Assembly: GCA_019359035.1 (NCBI GenBank)
Contig: JAHHIC010000067.1
Span: forward strand, 78,078 to 110,077
Source: Scytonematopsis contorta HA4267-MV1
Lineage (GTDB): Bacteria > Cyanobacteriota > Cyanobacteriia > Cyanobacteriales > Nostocaceae
Length of the DNA: 32,000 nt
Direction of reading: 5' to 3'
Shown: positions 16,208 through 25,900 of the stretch, in pieces
Numbering within the stretch: the stretch's first letter is position 1
Layout: each line of letters opens with the position of its first letter
Made by a program: the position numbers and the translations under genes
Notes under the pieces: generated by a model
What the model saw: only the letters and a program-made list of their open reading frames with translations
Told to the model about the DNA's origin: nothing
Database searches by the model: none

Positions 16208-16729
16208 ATGCCTTTTAATCTTTTTAACCGCAACAAAGATAATAACTCACAGCCACAAGAAGAAAATACCGTTGCTGACTCACAGTTACAAGCAAAAAAC
16301 ACCGTTACTGGTTTGATTGGATTACCTGGTTATAATAATCCTAGCCGTCGAGCTGATATAATTTTTGTTCACGGACTAGGAGGTCATGCTTTTAACACTT
16401 GGCATCCCAAAGAAATTTTAAATCCCCTAATATCTCAGCAAGATTTAGATAACGAATCTTGGCTGTATTGGTTGGGAAAAGACATAAAAGATGTCGGAGT
16501 TTGGACTTTTGGGTATGAGGCAAATTTCTCTAAGCTAAATGGTGGAGCTATGTCACAGTTTGACCTGGCTAAATATTTCCTTGAATGCCTAAATAATAAA
16601 CGCATTGGCAAGGAAAGACCAGTATTCTTTATTACTCATAGCTTAGGCGGTATTTTAGTCAAGAAAGCTCTTTTATACGCTCAGGAATATTCTGATATAA
16701 AACCTTACTTGAAAACAGTAAGGGTATAG
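16208..16729 (+). pseudogene. N-terminal part of a lipase-like alpha/beta-hydrolase effector domain (segment 1 of a disrupted hydrolase-NB-ARC-TPR gene)
   Basis: IIFVHGLGGHAFNTW forms the oxyanion-hole region and FFITHSLGGILVKKAL contains the GxSxG nucleophile elbow. The ORF stops at the TAG at 16727-16729, while the domain continues in the -1 frame. Confidence 0.8.
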
Positions 16730-17292
16730 TGTTTTTAGCAACACCACATAATGGTTCTCATCTAGCAAATTTAGTGAAAGCTTTTGATGTAATTTTACGC
16801 ACCACAATTAATGTTACAGAACTACAAGCTAATAATTCTTGGTTGCGAGAGTTAAATTCTACTTATAAGCAAAGAGTTGGTAACGAAAGCATAAAAATTG
16901 CCGCAAAAGTTTATTATGAGGGACGGGATACACTAGGCTATAAAGTTGTGGATGAATGTAGCGCAGACCCTGGACTTTATAATGTAATGTCAGTTCCAGT
17001 ACCTTATGCTGACCATATCCAAATTGCAAAACCTAAATGTCCGGAGGATGTCGTTTATGAAGGTGTGAGAAATTTTATTGAAGACAACTTACCACCTCAA
17101 AAATTCCTACCCCCTGCTGATAGTAACCCAATTCCAGAGCTAAATTCTCAGCAGAAAATTGCTCCGGAAACAGTGGAAGCTCAACCTGATAACACCCAAA
17201 ATACTGGAGCTATCGCTAATCATATTGAGAAAATAGGTGTTGTGAACAGCGACACGAAAATTGAAAATCAAAATATCACCCAAAACTTCTGA
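16696..17292 (+). pseudogene. C-terminal part of the alpha/beta-hydrolase domain plus linker (segment 2)
   Basis: This frame is open from 16696 and reads YKTLLENSKGIVFLATPHNGSHLANL..., the expected continuation of the hydrolase fold. It ends at the in-frame TGA at 17290-17292. Confidence 0.8.
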
Positions 17293-20241
17293 CTGCAGTC
17301 GTCCGACCGGGAGCGGATAAAGATAAATCCCCCTAACTTCATACCTTATAAAGGAACTGACCATTTCGTTGGACGGTTAGAAGAACTGGCCGCAATTCAC
17401 GAAAAATTTAACCAGCAAAAAAACGCGGTCGCAATTTCTGCGGTCGCTGGGATGGGAGGTGTGGGTAAAACAGAGCTAGCGTTAAAATATGCACGCTCCC
17501 ATGAAGATAATTATCCTGGGGGGATTTGCTGGTTTAGCGTCCGCTCTAGTAATATCGCAACTGAAATTCTCAACTTTGCTAAAAATGACCTGAAATTAGA
17601 AATACCACAGAAAGACGACTATCAAGAACAACCCCTGACACTTAAAGAACAAGTACAATGGTGTTGGCGAAATTGGCAACCACCTGAAGGGTTCGTTTTG
17701 GTAGTATTTGATGATGTAACTGATGTAGAAAACTTTGCTGATTATTTACCAACAAATCAGCGCTTTCGGGTCTTGATAACAACCAGATTGCGAAATATTG
17801 ATACTGAAATTGAAGAAATATCTTTAGATGTACTATCACCTGAAGAAGCTTTAAAATTATTAAAAAGCTTGATTGGCGAAAACAAGGTAAATAAAGAGCT
17901 AGAAAAGGCTAAAGAGTTATGTGAATGGTTGGGATATTTACCATTAGGTATAGAATTAGTAGGAAGACATGTATCTAAAAAGCCTCCTCACTTTACTTTA
18001 GCTAAAATGCTGGAGCAGTTGAAACAACAGCGACTGTATCAAGAAGCAATAAATCCCAAGCAAAAGACTTTAAGTACAGCACAGCTTGGTGTACAAGCAG
18101 CGTTTGAATTAAGCTGGTTGGAGCTAGACGAACAAACACAAAAAGTTGCTGCATTGTTAAGTTTATTTGCAGCAGAAATTTTTGCATGGGAGTGGGTAGA
18201 GTCTATAACTAATTCCCTTTATTGGGATGAAGATGTTGTTAACACAGCGATTGAGCAACTTTACCAAAGACACTTAGTTAATGGCTTAGAAGAGTCGGAT
18301 ACATATTACTATAAAATCCATACCTTAATTCGCGAATTTTTACAAGAAAAGCTAGCAGCGTTACCAGAAGCTGAGGAGTTTAAAAGAGTGTTAGCGCATT
18401 ATTTTATAGAAATTGCTCAGTCAATTCCTTATTCAGCAACCCTAGAGATAATCGCGGGAGTAAAAAGTGCAATTCCCCACTTAGCTGTTGTTGCAGAAAA
18501 TTTGATAGATTCGGTTAGCGATGAAAATTTAATTTGGGCTTTTGTTGGTAATGCTAGATTTTACTCCTCACAGGGTTTGTATGTGCTAGCAGAACCTTGG
18601 TATAAGCAATGTGTATTGGTCGTAAAATCTCACTTAGGAGAAAATCATCCCTACTATGCTGGTAGCTTGAACAATTTAGCTGGACTCTACTGCTCTCAAG
18701 GAAAATATGAAGAAGCTGAACCGCTTTATATCGAAGCATTGGAGTTAACAAAACGCAACCCTGGAGAAAATCACCCCAACTATGCTACCAGCTTGAACAA
18801 TTTAGCTGGACTATACGAGTCTCGAGGAAAATATGAAGAAGCAGAACCGCTTTGTATCCAAGCATTGTCTTTAATAAAACGCATACTTGGAGAAAATCAT
18901 CCGGACTATGCTGGTAGCTTAAACAATTTAGCTGAACTCTATCGTTCCCAGGGAAAATATGAAGAAGCAGAACCACTTTATATCGAAGCATTGGAGTTAA
19001 CAAAACGCAACTCTGGAGAAAATCATCCGGACTATGCTAACAGTTTGAACAATTTAGCCGTACTCTACTACTCTCAAGGAAAATATGAAGAAACAGAACC
19101 ACTTCTTATCGAAGCATTGTCTTTAACAAAACGCATACTGGGAGAAAATCATCCGGACTATGCTAACAGCTTGAACAATTTAGCTGAACTCTATCGTTCC
19201 CAGGGAAAATATGAAGAAGCTGAACCGCTTTATATCGAAGCATTGTCTTTAACAAAACGCATAACAGGAGAAAATCATCCGGACTATGCTAGGAGCTTGA
19301 ACAATTTAGCTGGACTCTATCGTTCCCAGGGAAAATATGAAGAAGCTGAACCGCTTTATATCGAAGCATTGTCTTTAACAAAACGCATAACAGGAGAAAA
19401 TCATCCGGACTATGCTACCAGCTTGAACAATTTAGCTGTACTCTACAAGTTTCAAGGAAAATATGAAGAAGCTGAACCGCTTTATATCGAAGCATTGGAG
19501 TTAACAAAACGCAACCCTGGAGAAAATCACCCCAACTATGCTACCAGCTTGAACAATTTAGCTGTACTCTACAAGTCTCAAGGAAAATATGAAGAAGCTG
19601 AACCGCTTTATATCGAAGCATTGTCTTTAAGAAAACGCATAACAGGAGAAAATCATCCCGACTATGCTCAAAGCTTGAACAATTTAGCCCTACTCTACGA
19701 CTCTCAAGGAAAATATGAAGAAACAGAACCATTTCTTATCGAAGCATTGTCTTTAAGAAAACGTATAACAGGAGAAAATCATCCCGACTATGCTCAAAGT
19801 TTGAACAATTTAGCCCTACTCTACGACTCTCAAGGAAAATATGAAGAAGCTGAACCGCTTTATATCGAAGCATTGTCTTTAACAAAACGTATTTTAGGAG
19901 AAAATCATCCCGACTATGCTAGCAGCTTAAACAATTTAGCTGCACTCTACGACTCTCAAGGAAAATATGAAGAAGCTGAACCGCTTTACACGCAAGCATT
20001 GGAGTTAAGAAAACGCATTTTAGGAGAAAATCATCCCGACTATGCTCAAAGCTTAAACAATTTAGGTGGACTCTACGACTCCCAAGGAAAATATGAAGAA
20101 GCAGAACCACTTTACCAGCAAGCTCTAATTGTTTGCGAACAGAAGTTAGGTGTTGGTCATCCAAATACAATTACAGTTAGAGCTAATTATGCTGAGTGTT
20201 TAAAGTTGATGTCCTATAGAGGATTTGCAAACAATCTTTAG
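17293..20241 (+). pseudogene. NB-ARC STAND NTPase + 12 TPR (42-aa, kinesin-light-chain-like) repeats (segment 3, same frame as segment 2)
   Basis: The frame is open directly after the TGA: LQSSDRERIKINPPNFIPYKGTDHFVGRLEELAAIHEKFNQQKNAVAISAVAGMGGVGKTELA. The first ATG (17452) lies inside the Walker A loop, and there is no ATG, GTG or TTG between 17293 and 17451. Other motifs: Walker B LVVFDDV, RVLITTR, and GLPL-like GYLPLGIEL. Confidence 0.85.
18637..20148. repeat. 12 x 126-bp near-identical tandem repeats encoding the TPR sensor array
   Basis: GGAGAAAATCATCC(G/C)GACTATGCT recurs with an exact 126-bp period, and 12 x 126 = 1512 bp. A degenerate 13th unit starts at 20149 (GVGHP). Confidence 0.9.
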
Positions 20242-20438
20242 CAAAATAGTTAATGTCTAATTCAGCGAGCACGCTCAAAAAAACCAAAAGTAAAAAGCCA
20301 AAAGGTAAAAGAAAACCAAAAGGTTTTAACCCCCAAATTAACTCCTAAAAATTAACCTTTCCCTCCTCCAACCCGGAGCAAATCCCGTGGGTCAATCCAA
20401 GTAGTAAACTTTATGCTTATTGTTGTTATGGTTTCCAT

Positions 20439-20666
20439 CTATGTGATGTAAATGTACTTTTCTTGAAGAATCTTCAAAATAAAATTTGCCAAGTCAGCTC
20501 GAAAATCCTCTATACAACTAACTCTTGCTCTGAAGGCTTCGTTGAGAAAAGTGTACAGTTCTGCATGATTTTGTGGCAGGTTGTTATCATGACTTTGGGC
20601 ATAGCTTGAAATTAAAGCTGCCGTAAAAGGGTTTCTTGCGATTGGAACAATTTTATGCACGCACAA
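20439..20666 (-). CDS. Hypothetical 75-aa ORF overlapping the 3' end of the AAA/PD-(D/E)xK gene by 14 nt
   Basis: Supported by the ORF track only. No motif recognised; it could be a gene relic. Confidence 0.25.
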   Translation of the reverse strand: MCVHKIVPIARNPFTAALISSYAQSHDNNLPQNHAELYTFLNEAFRARVSCIEDFRADLANFILKILQEKYIYIT

Positions 20667-22203
20667 CTATAATATTGCGTCCGTTTTTTGTGGTAACAGT
20701 TTTAGTTGATAATCGTTCTTGAATTGGTAACGCCTTGGAGCGTCGGTCGAAGATAATCAACCAGCCAAAATTTTCTTCTATTCTAGCTAAATAAGAGTCA
20801 ATTTGTTCTAAACCAACTTCAACTGGGTCGCCTTTTTTATCTCGCCAAACTTTTAATTCTATTCCTAATGTCGTACTTCCATATCTTAAACATAAGTCCA
20901 TGCGGTCATTTCCAATTGCATACTCGCGTTCTAGGGTTCCACCTCCATTAACGACGCGATGTAGAAATGCCATTAATACTAAATGAGGCGCTACTTCATG
21001 ATACCCAGTAGTTCCTAATAAAGGCTCACCATGCTGACACCAAAATTTTATAAATGCTTGTAGCAAACTTTCGGTGTTTAATTCTCCTTTTTCTGTTAGC
21101 CAAGTTGGCGATATGTGAGGCAGTGAAGCCATTGGTGTTATTGTTAGTACTCGCGGTAAGATTTCGCGATAAATTGGATTAGCGATTCTTAATCCTCCTT
21201 GTGGGTCAATTGTGCATAAACCTAAATCTATAACAAATTGAATATCATCTGGAGGTACATTTCCTAATTCCAAACCAGCTAACATTGGTTCAATAATTGT
21301 CTGTACCCTTGACTCTTGAAGCCTTTCTGCAAGTGAGTCTAAATGTGTATCTTTACGAGCAATCAATATTTCCTTGGCTTTTAAAATATGTTCGTGTGTA
21401 ATTGCGATGCTTCTATCCTCAACCATCTTTTCGACAATTTCTTTTGCTAAAGCATTTACTAACCAAGGTTGACCTTGAGTTAAATCAAATGCCAATGCTG
21501 ATGCGGATTCAGTAAAAATTTGCCCCGTGTCATCAGTATGTTGCTGGTAAAGCTCTGCTACTTCGGCAGCATTAAAATTTCTTAATGTGAAGGAACCGAC
21601 TTTAATATTAAATGGACTCGATGTGTTTAATCTCTCACTTCCCCCAGATGCATATTTATAATCACGTACATCTCGTAAACCAATTAATCCTATAGATTGC
21701 GGAAAGTTTTTAGGACGACCTCGATACCCTTCACGTAATTGTCGTAAAAATGATATTAATGTTTCATTTTCTAAAGAATCAATTTCATCTATTAGTAATA
21801 CCACAGGAAGCTTACAATTTTGCGCCCAAGCTCTTAAACTTGCTCTTATCCTTTGTCCAGGCTCTGGGTAGTTCCAAGTGGGAGGTTGCAAATCTTGCGG
21901 TAGATTGTCCTCAATTGTATCACGCCAAGTTGGAAGAATTGCGATTTCGGCAGCACCTGGGTCATCTTTATAAGCACTTCCAACTTCTACAGATACCATT
22001 ACTGCTGCATAATTTCCGCTCGAAGTTAGCTCTTCTGCTAAAGATATCATTGCTGTAGTTTTACCCGTTTGTCGGGGTGCATGAATCACAAAATAGTTAC
22101 GTTGTTCTATTAGCTGTTTCAAATCTGGCAATCTGTTGCTTGATGCCAGCATGTAGTGAATATCAGCTTGGCAATGACCTGCAGTGTTGAACCAACGAGG
22201 CAT
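20653..22203 (-). CDS. Predicted AAA-type ATPase fused to a C-terminal PD-(D/E)xK nuclease-like domain
   Basis: The N-terminus is MPRWFNTAGHCQADIHYML. Motifs: Walker A HAPRQTGKTTAM, Walker B VVLLIDEIDSL. The C-terminal segment GNDRMDLCLRY...LGIELKVWRD shows the D...ExK pattern. Confidence 0.75.
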   Translation of the reverse strand: MPRWFNTAGHCQADIHYMLASSNRLPDLKQLIEQRNYFVIHAPRQTGKTTAMISLAEELTSSGNYAAVMVSVEVGSAYKDDPGAAEIAILPTWRDTIEDNLPQDLQPPTWNYPEPGQRIRASLRAWAQNCKLPVVLLIDEIDSLENETLISFLRQLREGYRGRPKNFPQSIGLIGLRDVRDYKYASGGSERLNTSSPFNIKVGSFTLRNFNAAEVAELYQQHTDDTGQIFTESASALAFDLTQGQPWLVNALAKEIVEKMVEDRSIAITHEHILKAKEILIARKDTHLDSLAERLQESRVQTIIEPMLAGLELGNVPPDDIQFVIDLGLCTIDPQGGLRIANPIYREILPRVLTITPMASLPHISPTWLTEKGELNTESLLQAFIKFWCQHGEPLLGTTGYHEVAPHLVLMAFLHRVVNGGGTLEREYAIGNDRMDLCLRYGSTTLGIELKVWRDKKGDPVEVGLEQIDSYLARIEENFGWLIIFDRRSKALPIQERLSTKTVTTKNGRNIIVVRA

Positions 22204-22485
22204 AACAATGGAGCCTAAATTTGCTGTAACACTGCCCAGTTTAGCGCATATAGTTCGCCGTTCGCAGTAAGTGCTCCTCCCTAGTCGTGAACGCAGTTAA
22301 ATAACTGGTACTAAATTATTATTCCCCTCAACTCTTCAACTGAATAACTGCTTAAACCCAACTGCGAACCGCGAAATGCACGTGCTGCAAACCCTTTACG
22401 TAGAGGTAGAGTAGGCGGTCGTCGAGGAAAAAACATTTGACTAAACAAAGTAAATATTTGTAAAAATTTACTCTCAATATAAATA

Positions 22486-22872
22486 AGAGTATTCCAAGAA
22501 ATAAATTATCCAATTGCAGTGCGGGCATCTTGCCCGCTATATGCAGTAAGGGAGCGAGACGCTCCCACTACATTGAGCATTTTTTTATGCAGTAAGGGAG
22601 CGAGACGCTCCCACTACATTGGGCATTTTTTTATGCAGTAAGGGAGCGAGACGCTCCCACTACATTGGGCATTTTTTTATGCAGTAAGGGAGCGAGACGC
22701 TCCCACTACATTGGGCATTTTTTATGCAGTAAGGGAGCGAGACGCTCCCACTACATTGGGCATTTTTTATGCAGTAAGGGAGCGAGACGCTCCCACTACA
22801 TTGGGCATTTTTTATGCAGTAAGGGAGCGAGACGCTCCAACTACATTGGGCATTTTTTATTTGGAAGTCTCC
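22486..22872. mobile_element. MITE-like element of the same family as 13142-13324, containing 7 tandem 45-46-bp units
   Basis: Left end: AGAGTATTCCAAGAAATAAATTATCCAATTGCAGTG-GCGGGCA-TCT-TGCCCGC. The units ATGCAGTAA-GGGAGCG-AGA-CGCTCCC-ACTACATTGGGCATTTTTT(T) start at 22541, 22587, 22633, 22679, 22724, 22769 and 22814. The right end, ...ATTTTTTATTTGGAAGTCTCC, is the inverted counterpart of the left end. Confidence 0.75.
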
Positions 22873-22890
22873 TAAAATTTTGTCTATACT
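22861..22890 (+). promoter_or_regulatory. Candidate sigma70-type promoter for the NACHT gene, with the -35 box contributed by the MITE terminus
   Basis: TTGGAA at 22861-22866, an 18-nt spacer, then TATACT at 22885-22890. The ATG is at 22924. Pattern match only. Confidence 0.3.
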
Positions 22891-22923
22891 GTTAACCAGT
22901 ACAACAAAGCGGACGCGAGTATC

Positions 22924-25900
22924 ATGGTAGATTGGTTAGTCGTTTGGGGAGCTACCAAAGCATTTGGGGTTTTAGTGACTCCATTCCTCCAGGATTTAGC
23001 GAAAGATGGAGCAAAAGACCTCGCTGTAGGTTTTTTTAAAGACACTCTCACCCATCAATTCCGCGAAAAAGACCCGCGTCAGGTTGCGACTGGTCAAGCA
23101 ATTAAGATACTTTTACAGCGCATACAGCAAGAGTTAAAAATTCGTCATAAAATTCCTGACCCGGAAATTCAGCATTGCGTCTCGGATGTGAAAAAATTTC
23201 TTGCTCAAAAGCAGGTACAGGAATTTCTCGGACAACCATTTGATTTAAGCTGCGATTCTTTAGATAGCAACACCCTCAAAAAATACTGGGACGATTTAAA
23301 GTTAATATCCCTACCACCTAATTTTAACTGGTCGGGTGTCACGGAAGATTATTTCTTTCAAGTCAAAACAATTCTCGATGACCCCGAATCAAAGGATTTA
23401 AGGGATATCCTTCAGTGTCAAAAGCTCGCAGATATTGATAAAGCTACCCAAGATATTAGAAAAAACACTCAAGAAATCGCCGGAATTATTCCAGAGTTTG
23501 ATTTAATCACATATCAAGAAGCTATTTTAGAAACTTACGAAAAATTAAAGTTAGATAGCTTAGACACGAGCGGATATGCTTACAACGAACTAAAACTGTG
23601 GCGCATTTTTACAGAGCAAGATGCACGCGCTGTACATCAATATTTACCCCGCGTTTACGAACTACCTAAAGAGCATTTCCAAAAACTCAAATCCAGCGAC
23701 CAAATTGAAGCACGCGATTTTAACGAAGAAGAAATCGCCAATCTCAAACGCGGTTATCTGGAACAACCAATTACCCCTGTCCTAGAAATTGTTCGTCAAA
23801 AGTCTACTTATAAATATACCGTTATTTTAGGCGACCCTGGCTCTGGTAAATCTACTTTATTACAACATTTAGCGGTAACTTGGGCAAAATTATCACCCCA
23901 AGAAGCAGCAAAACAAGATATTCCTTTATTAATTGAACTGCGTACTTATGTTCGCAAGCGCGAAAATCAAGAATGTAAAAATTTTCTTGATTTCTTCCAT
24001 AACTGTAGCGGTGTTATTCACCATCTTAACCAGCATCTATTACACGAAGAATTAAAAGCTGGTCGCGGTTTGGTTATGTTTGACGGGTTAGATGAAATTT
24101 TCGACCCAGCAATCCGCGAAGATATTATTACCGACATTCACCGCTTTACCAATACTTATCCCAACGTCCAAGTAATTGTTACTTCTCGCGTTATTGGTTA
24201 TAAAGCAGATAAGTTAAAGAACGCGAGATTTTCTCACTTTATGTTACAAGATTTGTCAGCAGCACAAATTCAATATTTTATCCAGCGCTGGCATAATTTA
24301 ACATATGATAACCAAGAGGAACGACAAAGAAAAAGCGAGCGCTTATCAAGAGGTATTCATAATTCATTCGCAATTCAAGAACTAGCTGGAAATCCGCTAT
24401 TGTTAACAATGATGGCGATTTTAAACCGCAACCAAGAGTTACCCAGAGATAGAGCAGAGCTATACAATCAAGCATCGCGAGTGTTATTGCATCAATGGGA
24501 TGTCGAGCGCGTTTTAATTGAAGATAAACGTATTGACCCGAAAACAATTGACGATAAAGATAAGCAATCAATGCTGCGCGAAGTTGCTTATAAAATGCAA
24601 ACTAGCGCTAAAGGTTTAGCGGGTAATTTAATTGAAGAAGCAGATTTAAAGAAGATTTTAAGCGAATATCTCAGAAATAACAATATTTATCCCGCAGAAT
24701 CAAGAGAAGTTGCAGTATTGATGATAAACCAACTGCGCGCTCGTAATTTCATGTTATGTTTCGTTGGTGCGGAATATTATGCTTTTGTTCATCGCACTTT
24801 CTTAGAATATTTCTGCGCGACTAAATTTGTAATAACGTTCGAGAAAGAGCAAAGTCTTTCTAAAGAACAATTAAAAACAGAAATTTTCGGTCAACATTGG
24901 CAAGATGAAACCTGGCATGAAGTGTTACGCTTAATAGCGGGGATGATTGATGCTAAGTTTGTCGGTGAGATTATTGATTACCTCATGAAGCAAAAGGGGG
25001 AACGAGAGAATTTTAGCAATATTTTTCTTGCAGCTAAGTGTTTGCAAGAGGTAAGAAATAGGACTGTAATTGCTGAGGTGAGCGAAAAATTATTAAATGA
25101 GCTAAAAGGCTTGATTCGTTATGTTATCATTAGGGCTTCGAGCAGTACAATAAACGAAACAGTTAATCAAATTCGTAAAGATGCAATCTCTGCTATTGCT
25201 ATTACATTTATTGATGACCCTGATACCCTCCCTTGGGTAAAACAACTTGCTACAAAGGATAAAGATAGGTTTGTGCGAAGTACTGCTGTATGGGGATTAG
25301 CACATAATTATAAAGACGACCCCGATACCCTCCCAATCCTAAAACAACGCGCTACACAGGATGAAGATATGTTTGTGCGAATTACTGCTGTCAGCGAATT
25401 AGCAGGTAATTATAAAGACGACCCCGATACCCTCCCAATCCTAAAACAACGTGCTACACAGGATGAAGTCAGCTTTGTGCGAAGTACTGCTGTAAGGGAA
25501 TTAGCAGGTAATTATAAAGATCACCTCGATACCCTCCCCTGGCTAAAGCAACACGCTACACAGGATGAATCTAGCGATGTGCGAAGTACTGCTGTAAGGG
25601 AATTAACACGTAATTATAAGGATGACCCCGATACCCTCCCAATGCTAAAACAACGCGCTACACAGGATGAATCTAGGGACGTGCGAAGAACTGCTGTCAG
25701 CGAATTAGCACGTAATTATAAGGATGACCCCGATACCCTCCCAATGCTAAAACAACGTGCTACACAGGATGAATCTAGCTCTGTGCGAAGTACTGCTGTC
25801 AGCGAATTAGCAGATAATTATAAAGACGACCCCGATACCCTCCCCTGGCTAAAACAACTCGCTACACAGGATGAATCTAGCTCTGTGCGAAGTACTGCTG

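Noticed and set aside
17642-20170. Antisense ORFs inside the NB-ARC-TPR gene (for example 18554..18751-, 18785..19003-, 19541..19732-, 19919..20170-)
   Set aside because: The periodic antisense frames are kept open by the 126-bp repeat. There is no independent support.
20254-20349. 31-aa Lys-rich ORF (MSNSASTLKKTKSKKPKGKRKPKGFNPQINS) just after the NB-ARC-TPR stop
   Set aside because: It arises from an A-rich low-complexity tract (AAAACCAAAAG repeats) and has no SD. It is probably non-coding.
22204-22485. 9-12-bp inverted repeat (GTTCGCAGT at about 22265 and ACTGCGAAC at about 22361) in the divergent intergenic region, a possible structured RNA or riboswitch
   Set aside because: The pairing is short, I could not match any recognisable riboswitch or tRNA consensus by eye, and chance occurrence is plausible.
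22665-22895. ORF 22665..22895(+) with translation MGIFLCSKGARRSHYIGHF… repeated
   Set aside because: It is a translation of the 45-bp tandem units of the MITE-like element (45 is divisible by 3, so the frame stays open). It is an artefact.
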